Source: Chitinophagales bacterium (lineage in GTDB: Bacteria > Bacteroidota > Bacteroidia > Chitinophagales > BACL12). From it: a stretch of 56,105 nucleotides of DNA. Position 1 is the first letter of the stretch; every line of letters begins with the position of its first letter. Shown here in pieces: positions 1-9,274 of the stretch. The DNA lies in contig JBJXHH010000076.1 in NCBI GenBank assembly GCA_046160675.1, positions 1 through 56,105 of the forward strand. Reading direction: 5' to 3'. A model generated the notes under the pieces. It made no database searches. It saw nothing but the letters and a program-made list of their open reading frames with translations, and had not been told where the DNA came from. Position numbers and translations under genes: made by a program.

Positions 1-19
1 TCTACTCTTACCTTTTCCC

Positions 20-27
20 TACATTTG
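20..27 (+). promoter_or_regulatory. Bacteroidota housekeeping promoter -7 element (TACATTTG) upstream of accD
   Basis: Matches the TAnnTTTG consensus about 40 nt before the GTG start. Confidence 0.5.
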
Positions 28-68
28 CATCCCCCGTCAACACATATTGTTGAACGAAACAACCCAAA

Positions 69-914
69 GTGAGCTGGTTCCAAAGGATTAGAAAAGGCAT
101 AGACACTCCCACTGAGGAAAAACTTGACACCCCCGAAGGTGTATGGTTCAAATGCCCGGAGTGCAAGAAAACCACTACCAATATTGAATATGAAGAAAAG
201 CTCTGGTGCTGCCCAAACTGTGGCTACCACGGGCGCATCGGTTCAAAAGAATACTTTTCATTCCTGTTTGATGAGGGGCAACACGAACTCCTTTTTGAGA
301 ACATTATCTCTAAAGACGCCCTCGATTTCACAGATCTGAAACCTTACGAAAGCCGCCTGAAGGAAGCCTACAAAAAAAGTGGCTATACAGACGCCATCTC
401 AGTTGGGCATGGAAAAACCGATGAGATGGATTTTGTGATAGCCTGCATGAACTTCGAATTTATTGGAGGAAGCATGGGAACAGTGGTGGGTGAAAGAATT
501 TCCAGGGCAATAGATTACTGTTTGGAACTTGGTTACCCGTTTATGATCATTAGCAAAAGCGGCGGAGCGAGAATGATGGAAAGCGGCTTTTCCCTGATGC
601 AAATGGCGAAAACATCAGCAAAACTTACTCTTTTAGCAAAACATAAACTCCCATATATCTCCCTCTGCACTGATCCCACCACAGGGGGCGTAACCGCAAG
701 CTATGCCATGCTGGGTGATGTAAACATCGCCGAACCCAAAGCCCTTATTGGCTTTGCAGGCCCCAGAGTTGTTAAAGAAACTATCAAAAAGGACCTTCCA
801 AAAGGATTTCAGCAGGCTGAGTTTGTACTTGAAACCGGCTTCCTCGACATGATAGTGGAGCGAAAAGACATGAAGGCAAGGCTAGCAGTTTTACTCCGGC
901 ATTTTAAGAACTGA
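69..914 (+). CDS. accD: Acetyl-CoA carboxylase carboxyltransferase beta subunit
   Basis: N-terminal C4 zinc finger (KCPECK...CPNC); GGSMG, SGGARMME, PTTGGVTASYA and IGFAGPRV motifs. Confidence 0.97.
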   Translation: MSWFQRIRKGIDTPTEEKLDTPEGVWFKCPECKKTTTNIEYEEKLWCCPNCGYHGRIGSKEYFSFLFDEGQHELLFENIISKDALDFTDLKPYESRLKEAYKKSGYTDAISVGHGKTDEMDFVIACMNFEFIGGSMGTVVGERISRAIDYCLELGYPFMIISKSGGARMMESGFSLMQMAKTSAKLTLLAKHKLPYISLCTDPTTGGVTASYAMLGDVNIAEPKALIGFAGPRVVKETIKKDLPKGFQQAEFVLETGFLDMIVERKDMKARLAVLLRHFKN

Positions 915-1130
915 TCCTCCCGGAAATCCCTCCTTATTTCTAATTATTAAGGGTTTTTCAAAAATTCCCTAACTCTCTTACCAACATTGCATCTACCTTT
1001 GCGTATATTGATTCTTTAACAATTTAACAAATATTACTTACGATTAATATAATTATAACAAAAAGTATCATCTTTTTGGAACATTTTTGCGCATATTTCA
1101 ATTGATATACATGAATCAAATTTAATAATT

Positions 1131-1484
1131 ATGAAAGCTTTACTTTCAGCATTGCTAATCCTCACAACACTAGGAACCCGTGCAGTTAACGACAGTTTAT
1201 TGGCATGCGAAAAACAGGCAATTGAAAATGCAAAAGCAATTGTGATGTTTGATGATGCTGCCGAAGCTATGAAACTGGAAGGTTCTGCTACAGTGACTTT
1301 TGAGATAGATGAAAACAAGATGGTACATGTAAAAGAAGTTCAGGCGTCTGACTTTACTATCGCTTTTCACATCAGACAAGCCTTAAACGGAGCAGTAATT
1401 TGTTCCAGTGATATACTTGCTGGGAAAAAATTTACAGTACTTATGCAGTTTCCTGCGCAGAATCAGCCACTCAGTTCATTTTGA
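1131..1484 (+). CDS. Small exported hypothetical protein, possibly TonB C-terminal-like fold
   Basis: Signal peptide MKALLSALLILTTLG; EGSATVTFEIDEN resembles the TonB_C first strand; TACCTTTG box at 994-1001. Confidence 0.5.
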   Translation: MKALLSALLILTTLGTRAVNDSLLACEKQAIENAKAIVMFDDAAEAMKLEGSATVTFEIDENKMVHVKEVQASDFTIAFHIRQALNGAVICSSDILAGKKFTVLMQFPAQNQPLSSF

Positions 1485-1525
1485 GTGATTGCATTAAAAA
1501 TAAAAAAACTTGATGCGATAAATCG

Positions 1526-1570
1526 AGGGGTTGTTCATAGTTGGTTCATACAATTGAACAGCCCCTTTCT
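1526..1570. terminator. Probable terminator hairpin between convergent genes
   Basis: AGGGGTTGTTCA (1526-1537) pairs with TGAACAGCCCCT (1555-1566). Confidence 0.65.
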
Positions 1571-1981
1571 TTAGCTATAAATTGTAATAACTAATTTTCT
1601 TCTTCCCCCTTTGTTCCTGAATTCACACAAATAAATTCCCTGCCAGGTGCCCAAGTTTAGTTTTTTATTTGTGATTGGAATTGTAACTGAGGAACCCACT
1701 AAGGCAGATTTTATATGTGCCGGCATATCATCATCCCCCTCCATGTTATGCTTATAGTAGGGCATCCCTTCAGGAATAAGTTGATTAAAAACAGTTTCAA
1801 AATCCTTGAGTACAGTCGGGTCTGCATTTTCATTGATAGCTAATCCTGCAGAAGTATGCTGAATGAAAACATGTATGATGCCTGTTTCAGGTAGTTCATT
1901 TTCCTGGGGTAAAATGTAATTGTTAATCAAATGAAAGCCCCTTGCAAAAGCAGGAAGTGTAATTTGAAATTGTTGTATCAT
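1571..1981 (-). CDS. yjbQ: YjbQ (UPF0047) family protein, secondary thiamine-phosphate synthase
   Basis: HTSAGLAINENADP, EGDDDMPAHIKS and LGTWQGIYLCEFR motifs. Confidence 0.93.
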   Translation of the reverse strand: MIQQFQITLPAFARGFHLINNYILPQENELPETGIIHVFIQHTSAGLAINENADPTVLKDFETVFNQLIPEGMPYYKHNMEGDDDMPAHIKSALVGSSVTIPITNKKLNLGTWQGIYLCEFRNKGGRRKLVITIYS

Positions 1982-2015
1982 ATCACAAAACTAAAAATCC
2001 CCTGCCGTGATTTAT

Positions 2016-2023
2016 TATCTTTG
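2016..2023 (+). promoter_or_regulatory. -7 promoter element (TATCTTTG) for lpdA
   Basis: TAnnTTTG consensus 20 nt upstream of the ATG. Confidence 0.55.
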
Positions 2024-2043
2024 CCCCGCTTAATAAACATGAA

Positions 2044-3432
2044 ATGAATTACGACGTAATAGTAATAGGCAGCGGGCCCGGCGGATATGTTACAGCCATC
2101 AGGGCTTCGCAGTTAGGTATGAAGACTGCTATAGTTGAGAAAGCTGAACTCGGTGGTGTCTGCCTGAACTGGGGCTGTATCCCGACAAAAGCATTACTCA
2201 AAAGCGCACAGGTGTTTGAATACCTAAAACATGCAAATGACTATGGTTTGAATGCATCTAATATTGAAATTGATTTCAACGGGGTGATTAAACGCAGCAG
2301 GGATGTAGCCGGTGGTATGAGCAAAGGCGTTAGTTTTCTTATGAAGAAAAACAAGATTGAAGTGATAGAAGGAAATGCTATGTTGAAAAAAGGAAACAAT
2401 GTAGATGTTACAGCTGTTGATGGAAGTAAAAAAACAATTTCAGCAAAACATGTCATTATAGCTACAGGAGCAAGAAGCAAAGAACTTCCTTCTTTAAAAC
2501 AGGATGGAAAAAAAATTATTGGTTACAGGGAAGCGATGGTTCTTCCCTCACAGCCAAAAAGCATGGTGATAGTTGGCGCAGGAGCTATTGGTGTCGAGTT
2601 TGCCTACTTCTATAACTCTCTCGGCACAAAAGTTACAATAGTTGAATTTATGAGCCGCCTTGTTCCTGTAGAAGATGAAGATGTGAGTAAAGAACTTCTT
2701 CGCAGTTTCAAAAAAGCAGGTATCACGGTAATGACGGAAGCAAGTGTTGAAGCAGTTGATACCTCCGGCGAAGGCTGCAAAGTGAAGGTGAAATCTAAAA
2801 CCGGTGAAGAAATGCTGCAATGTGATATAGTGCTTAGCGCTGTTGGCGTTGCTGCAAATATTGAAAACATCGGCCTGGAAGAAGTTGGGATAAAAACTGA
2901 TAAAGGAAAAATCTCTGTTGATGCAAATTATAAAACAAATGTTCCCGGTTATTATGCTATTGGCGATGTAACCCCGGGACCAGCGCTGGCACATGTTGCA
3001 AGCGCAGAAGGCATCACTTGTGTTGAAGCAATTGCAGGATTGAAGCCCGAACCGATTGACTACAACAATATTCCGGGCTGCACATATTGTTCACCTGAAA
3101 TTGCCAGCGTTGGTTATACAGAAGCAGCAGCAAAAGCTGCGGGCTATGAATTGAAGATCGGAAAATTTCCTTTTAGTGCAAGCGGAAAAGCTAAAGCTGC
3201 AGGAGCATCAGAAGGTTTTATAAAAGTAATATTTGATGCCAAGTACGGCGAATTTCTCGGCGCACACATGATAGGCGCAAATGTAACAGAGATGATAGCT
3301 GAAGTGGTAGCTGCTAGAAAATTAGAAACCACCGGGCATGAAATCATCAAAACCATTCACCCCCACCCGACTATGAGTGAAGCATTGATGGAAGCAACTG
3401 CTGCAGCTTACGGAGAGGTGATACATTTGTGA
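2044..3432 (+). CDS. lpdA: Dihydrolipoyl dehydrogenase
   Basis: GSGPGG FAD-binding motif, GGVCLNWGCIPTK redox disulfide, GAGAIG, HPHPTMSE. Confidence 0.97.
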   Translation: MNYDVIVIGSGPGGYVTAIRASQLGMKTAIVEKAELGGVCLNWGCIPTKALLKSAQVFEYLKHANDYGLNASNIEIDFNGVIKRSRDVAGGMSKGVSFLMKKNKIEVIEGNAMLKKGNNVDVTAVDGSKKTISAKHVIIATGARSKELPSLKQDGKKIIGYREAMVLPSQPKSMVIVGAGAIGVEFAYFYNSLGTKVTIVEFMSRLVPVEDEDVSKELLRSFKKAGITVMTEASVEAVDTSGEGCKVKVKSKTGEEMLQCDIVLSAVGVAANIENIGLEEVGIKTDKGKISVDANYKTNVPGYYAIGDVTPGPALAHVASAEGITCVEAIAGLKPEPIDYNNIPGCTYCSPEIASVGYTEAAAKAAGYELKIGKFPFSASGKAKAAGASEGFIKVIFDAKYGEFLGAHMIGANVTEMIAEVVAARKLETTGHEIIKTIHPHPTMSEALMEATAAAYGEVIHL

Positions 3433-3477
3433 TGAGTAACTTGGGGATGAATGTTTAACGGATATAAAAAAATGCGG

Positions 3478-3510
3478 AGCCCTGTTCTTTAAACAGGGCT
3501 TTGATTTTTT
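3478..3510 (+). terminator. Rho-independent terminator after lpdA
   Basis: AGCCCTGTT/AACAGGGCT stem followed by TTGATTTTTT. Confidence 0.7.
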
Positions 3511-3528
3511 AAAAAATAATTTTGAGTA

Positions 3529-4575
3529 ATGACGGATCATTTGATAATCTACTCAAGTCAGGAAATTCTTTCCCGCACAAAAATTCGTAAGCAGGAAACC
3601 AAACTTGGCGAAAAGATTACATCATTGAAAGAGTCTGAAAACTGGCATGAAGAACTGAAGAATGTTTCTTCACAGTTTGTTGTTCTCGGGATGCCTGAAG
3701 ATATTGGTGTGCGGGCCAACTACGGGCGAGGCGGGGCATACGCCGCCTGGAAACCATCACTTGATTTTCTGATCAACATGCAAAGCAATTCTTTTCTTTC
3801 AGGCGAGGAAATTTGTGTACTCGGGCATATTGATTTTTCTGACTTGATGGAAAAAGCCGATCTTCTTGATTATAAAAAAGATATTGGTGTATATGCTGCT
3901 AGGGATATTGTAACAGAAGTTGATGCAAGGGTGGAACATGTTATAACTAAAATTACAGCGGCAGGAAAAACCCCTGTGATAGTTGGTGGTGGGCATAACA
4001 ATGTTTATCCTATCATAAAAGGGAATTGTGCGGGTAGAAAAATTTCTTCAATGAATGTTATTAATTGCGATCCGCATTCTGACCTGCGCCCCCTCAATGG
4101 CAGGCATAGTGGAAACGGTTTTCATTATGCTTTCAGCGAAAAATTTTTAAAGAAGTATGCAGTTTTCGGGTTACATGAAAGTTATAACATTTCATCTGCA
4201 TTAGACCTTTTCGCAAAAGAAAAAAACCATTTATACTTTGAAACATATGATGATATTTTCGTCAGGGAAAGTATCAACTTTTTTGATGCGCTAAAAAATT
4301 GTATTGACTTTGTTTCATCTCATCTCACAGGAATTGAAATTGATCTTGACTCTATTCAAAACGTTCCTGTAAGTGCCCGTACTCCCAGCGGGATGCTGCC
4401 TGTAGATGTAAGAAAATATACCTGGTATTGCGCTGAGCAACTTAATGTTGCTTACCTGCATATTGCAGAAGGGGCGCCGGTTCTGGCGCACAAACAAATG
4501 GATAACAAAACCGGAAAACTCATCGCCTACCTCATTACAGACTTTATAAAAGCCTGCAATGCCCAAGGGTCATGA
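3529..4575 (+). CDS. hutG: Arginase/ureohydrolase family protein, probably formimidoylglutamase
   Basis: PEDIGVRANYGRGG, GGGHNN, DPHSDLR, HSGNGF and EIDLDSI metal-ligand motifs. Confidence 0.75.
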   Translation: MTDHLIIYSSQEILSRTKIRKQETKLGEKITSLKESENWHEELKNVSSQFVVLGMPEDIGVRANYGRGGAYAAWKPSLDFLINMQSNSFLSGEEICVLGHIDFSDLMEKADLLDYKKDIGVYAARDIVTEVDARVEHVITKITAAGKTPVIVGGGHNNVYPIIKGNCAGRKISSMNVINCDPHSDLRPLNGRHSGNGFHYAFSEKFLKKYAVFGLHESYNISSALDLFAKEKNHLYFETYDDIFVRESINFFDALKNCIDFVSSHLTGIEIDLDSIQNVPVSARTPSGMLPVDVRKYTWYCAEQLNVAYLHIAEGAPVLAHKQMDNKTGKLIAYLITDFIKACNAQGS

Positions 4576-4576
4576 G

Positions 4577-5965
4577 TTATTTCTGTATGCTGAATTTGAG
4601 GGTTTCTGTTTTTTCAAATGTACCTGAACTAAGAAAATAAACTCCCGACGGGAATTCCGAAACATCAATAGTAACATTGGAAGTTCCAGCGCTCATCAAT
4701 TCATGATAAATATTTCTTCCTGATAAGTCCATAATACTTATATCTCTTTCAACATGCAATATTTCTGAAAATTGAAGCGCAATAAAATCTTGAGCAGGAT
4801 TGGGAAATAACTGAAATGAACCTGTATTTTCATAAGTGACTGCAGTTGGTTCAGATGCGCATGCTTTCACACTAATAACATAATTGTTTTCAGGATGGTA
4901 ATGGTTTCTCAGAATAATATCTGCAGTGCCCTCTCCTGCAACATCATTTGTATAAAAATAATAATGAAGCGTAACACTTTCTCCCGCCGCAATGAAAAGG
5001 TTTGCTGAATCAACCGAAGGAGGATAACAAATATCTGTACAAATTGAAGTTTCCCATGCATCCGGTAAAGTTTCATTGAGTTTCAAAATATCAATATATG
5101 TATCAATATCATCCTCATTTGTTACAGTTATTTCACCTGTTATAGTTTCCCCGGCAATTCCTTCAAAGCAATCTTCACTATCAGCCATCGCTACAAAATA
5201 CCCATCAGCATCTCCACCACCACCACCTGGTTCCTCACCTAATAAGTTAGCGATCTCTTCCTTAATGTCATCAGGATAGCGGTCAAACCATACTTCGGCG
5301 TCATATACAATCCCGTCAGGGGTCACTAACCAGGAACAATTCGGGTTGGTTCCAAATTTTTCCCACCACTCATTACAAGGACCGTCAATCAATACAGTTA
5401 CATCAATATCAACGTCTGAAAGCATATCCTGCACTATTTCCTTTCTAGCTCCATAGGTACCCGGTTGCCTGTATAAGATCCCATCTTCATAGTTATCTGC
5501 GCCTGTATTTACTTCACCAAAGTAAGGGCTAATATCAGTTTTTGGGTGAGCCTCCACTGTATAAATCAGGAAGATATTGATTTCATCGCCAAATAGAACC
5601 TGCAACTCATTTATATCCGGAATTTTTTCACGAAACACAGGACATGTATAGCTACAACTGATAAGAAGTGCGGGTTTTCCGTCTTCAAGGAATTCTGATG
5701 CTGTGTAGGCTGTATTGTCAAGTGTATAAAGTCTGAAGTCAGGGATAAGACTTCCTTCCACCATTCCTTCCAATTCACTATCAATATCAGGGTACGTTGG
5801 AATTACACAAATTAAATCGTCATCGCCAGGTAAACTTTCCTGCCCGATAAAAGGACCGAGTTCAACGGCTTGTGCTGTAGCTGAAATCTGTGGAAAAATA
5901 CCCCAACTTAACATGGAAATGGTGCAGGCATACACAATGCTTTTGGAGAAATTAAGATTCATCAT
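4577..5965 (-). CDS. T9SS type-A cargo protein with deiodinase-like thioredoxin-fold domain (paralog 1)
   Basis: Signal peptide; KPALLISCSYTCPVF and IYTVEAHP; Cys-containing middle domain (SICTDICY); CTD LFPNPA...DLSGR...GVYFL. Confidence 0.8.
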   Translation of the reverse strand: MMNLNFSKSIVYACTISMLSWGIFPQISATAQAVELGPFIGQESLPGDDDLICVIPTYPDIDSELEGMVEGSLIPDFRLYTLDNTAYTASEFLEDGKPALLISCSYTCPVFREKIPDINELQVLFGDEINIFLIYTVEAHPKTDISPYFGEVNTGADNYEDGILYRQPGTYGARKEIVQDMLSDVDIDVTVLIDGPCNEWWEKFGTNPNCSWLVTPDGIVYDAEVWFDRYPDDIKEEIANLLGEEPGGGGGDADGYFVAMADSEDCFEGIAGETITGEITVTNEDDIDTYIDILKLNETLPDAWETSICTDICYPPSVDSANLFIAAGESVTLHYYFYTNDVAGEGTADIILRNHYHPENNYVISVKACASEPTAVTYENTGSFQLFPNPAQDFIALQFSEILHVERDISIMDLSGRNIYHELMSAGTSNVTIDVSEFPSGVYFLSSGTFEKTETLKFSIQK

Positions 5966-6135
5966 TCTATTTTATAAAAGTTCAACAATCAAATCCCTTA
6001 TTTGCAGGGTATTTCTGAGTGTGAATGAAGGAGGAGTGTAAATTTTACTTGTTGGATAGTGTGAGTATAACAAAAATCAAACCTGAAAATGAAGTTTGAT
6101 AATATAGAAGTAGCTTTCTAATTGGCAAGTAGTAT

Positions 6136-7512
6136 TTACAGAATTATAAACTGATCTGATAAAACGAAATCGCTGATATTCACTTTTATTATATACATCC
6201 CTTTTGCAAAGTTTTCTAGATTAATTGAAGTGCTAAATTGCCCTGATATCTTACTAAAGGCTTCTTTATAGACTGTGTTTCCTGTAGCATCCAAAATTGT
6301 TAAATACATATCTGATTTTCGAGTAGAATATGTTTGTAATTGAATATAATCGGTTGCCGGATTTGGGTAAATAAATAATGTTGGTTTCTCATCTGGTGGC
6401 GCCTCGGAAACATTTGTAGAGGCCTTAAATGTATATGTAAATGTATTAGCTGGTATGTAATGGTTTTTTAACATTATGGTTGCAGAGCCTGATGCATTAT
6501 TACCCGAAGTATAAAAATATATATGCATGACTTTTGTATCGCCTTTATTCACATACATAGTAGCCTCTGAAACATTGGACGAATAACATATGTCCGTACA
6601 AATAGAAGTTGTCCAATTTTTAGGAACATCTTCACTTAAACGATACAAATCAAGGTATGCATCTACAGTATCATTATTTGTAATTGACGCCTCTATAATA
6701 ATTGTTTCGCCACTTATTCCATATACATAATTCGTATCTGCATCTGCTGATACTATTCCCCTGGGAACCGGCTCTCCGTCAGAAGTAATACCAAGCAGGC
6801 CTTCAATGGCTGAATAAATATTTTCAGGAAATCTGTCAAGCCATTGCTCTGCATCATAAATTACACCGTTACGATCTACCAGCCATGCACAGTTCGGGTT
6901 TGTTCCAAAGTTTAGCCACCAAGTGTTACAAGGTCCATCAATTAGAATTGGCACTGAAATATCTTCTGCATTAATCATATTCTCTACGAGAGATTTTCGT
7001 TCTCCATAAGTAGTTGGTTGCCTGTACAATATTTCAGCATCTAAATTCTCAGAACCTGTATTTACATAACCATAATAGGGGCTGATGTCAATTACCGGAT
7101 GTGCCTCAACTGTATAAACCAGGAAAATATTTAGAGCATTCCCGTAAAGGTCTTTCAGATTATTAATGTCAGGGATTTTATTCCTAAAAACCGGGCAGGT
7201 ATAATTACAACTAATAAATAATGCCGGCTTTCCATCGGATAAAATTTCAGAAGCCCTGTATGCCTCACCATTAGTATCATACAACTGGAAATCTGGAATT
7301 AAATCTCCTTCAGTATACCCTTCAAGATCTACATCTACCTCTGGGTAAATGGGTATATTACAAATTAACTCATTGTCAGGTGGTAAACTTTCCTCTCCAA
7401 TAAATGGCCCTAATATAACCGTTTGAGCATAAGAGGAGTTTTTTGGAATTAAGCAACAGCAAAATACAAATCCTAAATAATGAATAATTTGCGGGGAAGT
7501 AATTTTCGTCAC
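6136..7512 (-). CDS. T9SS type-A cargo protein with deiodinase-like thioredoxin-fold domain (paralog 2)
   Basis: KPALFISCNYTCPVF, VYTVEAHP, IYPNPA CTD. The ORF is open to 7587; GTG at 7512 is preferred because it gives a normal-length signal peptide starting xTKI like paralog 3. Confidence 0.78.
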   Translation of the reverse strand: MTKITSPQIIHYLGFVFCCCLIPKNSSYAQTVILGPFIGEESLPPDNELICNIPIYPEVDVDLEGYTEGDLIPDFQLYDTNGEAYRASEILSDGKPALFISCNYTCPVFRNKIPDINNLKDLYGNALNIFLVYTVEAHPVIDISPYYGYVNTGSENLDAEILYRQPTTYGERKSLVENMINAEDISVPILIDGPCNTWWLNFGTNPNCAWLVDRNGVIYDAEQWLDRFPENIYSAIEGLLGITSDGEPVPRGIVSADADTNYVYGISGETIIIEASITNNDTVDAYLDLYRLSEDVPKNWTTSICTDICYSSNVSEATMYVNKGDTKVMHIYFYTSGNNASGSATIMLKNHYIPANTFTYTFKASTNVSEAPPDEKPTLFIYPNPATDYIQLQTYSTRKSDMYLTILDATGNTVYKEAFSKISGQFSTSINLENFAKGMYIIKVNISDFVLSDQFIIL

Positions 7513-7685
7513 TTGTTCTGTAAAAAAAGCAAAAATTGAATTTTTTTTAATGCAGTGGTTTCCTTGTTTCAATAGTTTCGAAAACATGATGCCGGAATAT
7601 TACAAAATATTCTATTCGAATGTAATGTAAAACTCTGGAATATATTCAATATTTTCTAATCGAAGTTAGTTAGGCTCAGATTCAA

Positions 7686-9074
7686 TTAATGAACAATAAT
7701 TTCGCTGTAAATCTCGGTATCGGCTCTTTGCATTTTTACAATATATAAACCACTTGCAAAATTCCCTACATTTACACTTACATTGAATTGGCCGCTAACA
7801 AGAGCTTGAGATTTATTAAACATAACATTTCCAGTTATATCAAAAATAGTTATCAGGAGGTCAGAAGTTGTTGCGGAATAAGTTTGTAATTGTACTTCAT
7901 CTGTTGCAGGGTTCGGGAATAAAAATAATTCAGGTCTTTCTATAGAAATGTCAGCAGTTCCTGTGCTTCCCGTGCAAGCTTTGAAAATGTATGTAAAATT
8001 ATTAGATGGTATGTAATGGTTTTTTATAAGGATTGTTGCTGTTCCGTATGCATCAGCCCCAATTGTATAAAAATAAACATGCATAGGTAAGGTTTCTTCA
8101 GAGTCAACATACATGGTAGCCTCCATTACCTCTGGAGGGAAACAAATATCAGTGCAAATAGAAGTTAGCCAGCCCTCGGGAAGGTTCTCTTCGAGCCTTA
8201 ATACATCCAGGTAAGCATCAGCAGTATCTTCGTTCACAACAGAACCACTAACAACTATCGTCTCACCGCTTTCTCCCGTAATACATTCACTTTCAGCAGA
8301 AGCTGTAACAATCCCGTCAGGTACAGGCTCCCCATCTGTTGTAATACCGAATAAGCCTTCTACTGAGGCAAAAATATCATCGGGAAATCTGTCAAGCCAT
8401 GGTTCGGCATCATAAATCACTCCATCGCTTTGTACAAGGTATGCGCAATTTGGGTTCGTACCGAAATTTAGCCACCATTCATTGCAGGGTCCGTCGATTA
8501 AAACAGGAACTGATATTGTTAGGTCTTCAATCATATCGTTTACGATATCTTTTCTTTGACCATAAGTATCGGGTTGTTCGTACAAAATATCATCCGTAAA
8601 GTTAGGATCTCCTGTAAGTTCCACCCCAAAATAGGGGCTGATATCATATAAAGGATGTGCTTCTACTGTATAAATAATATAAATATGCAGTTCATCACCA
8701 TATAAAGCCTGTAAAAGATTTACAACAGGAAGCTGATCTCTGAACACCCAACAGGTGTAACTGCCACCTACGAATAATGCGGGTTTGCCATCACTTAATA
8801 ATTCAGATGCGGTTACCTCCACTCCATCAACTGTATATAATGTAAAGTCAGGAATAAGATCACCTTCAGTCAGCCCCTCCAGCTCATCGGTTATTAAAGG
8901 GTAAAAAGGAATATCACAAATTTCAGCTGAGTTTGAAGGTAAACTTTCAAGCCCAATGGATGGTCCAAGTTCTACAGGTTGTGCCCAAGATATTTGGTGG
9001 GCAAATACAAGGTGTACAAAAAGATATGTAAAAAGTAAATTGGAGTTACTTTTACAACGAAAGATCTTTGTCAT
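7686..9074 (-). CDS. T9SS type-A cargo protein with deiodinase-like thioredoxin-fold domain (paralog 3)
   Basis: KPALFVGGSYTCWVF, IYTVEAHP, LFPNPA CTD. The ORF is open to 9176; ATG at 9074 is preferred on signal-peptide length. Confidence 0.78.
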   Translation of the reverse strand: MTKIFRCKSNSNLLFTYLFVHLVFAHQISWAQPVELGPSIGLESLPSNSAEICDIPFYPLITDELEGLTEGDLIPDFTLYTVDGVEVTASELLSDGKPALFVGGSYTCWVFRDQLPVVNLLQALYGDELHIYIIYTVEAHPLYDISPYFGVELTGDPNFTDDILYEQPDTYGQRKDIVNDMIEDLTISVPVLIDGPCNEWWLNFGTNPNCAYLVQSDGVIYDAEPWLDRFPDDIFASVEGLFGITTDGEPVPDGIVTASAESECITGESGETIVVSGSVVNEDTADAYLDVLRLEENLPEGWLTSICTDICFPPEVMEATMYVDSEETLPMHVYFYTIGADAYGTATILIKNHYIPSNNFTYIFKACTGSTGTADISIERPELFLFPNPATDEVQLQTYSATTSDLLITIFDITGNVMFNKSQALVSGQFNVSVNVGNFASGLYIVKMQRADTEIYSEIIVH

Positions 9075-9218
9075 AATTACAATTTGTTTAAAAGATACGT
9101 TTTCGTGCGGTTCTGCAGAGGGAGTGTGCGGTAAAGATAGTAAATGCGGATGTTTCTTACAGGTCTTTATGAACAATTATATTGACGAGAGGTCTATTGA
9201 AACGGATGCACTGGTGGA

Positions 9219-9252
9219 AAAACAAAAGCCTCTAGCAAATTACTAAAGGCTT
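9219..9252 (-). terminator. Terminator after ftsZ (end of the dcw operon)
   Basis: Minus strand reads AAGCCTTTAG-loop-CTAGAGGCTT followed by TTGTTTTT. Confidence 0.7.
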
Positions 9253-9274
9253 ACTTTTACAACTATGATGGAAT

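Noticed and set aside
1075-1092. TTGGAACATTTTTGC as a sigma-54 promoter
   Set aside because: GG-to-GC spacing is 9 or 11 nt rather than 10, and a TAnnTTTG box exists at 994
4577-9176. Selenocysteine recoding in the deiodinase-like genes
   Set aside because: The catalytic-position codons are TGT/TGC and there is no in-frame TGA
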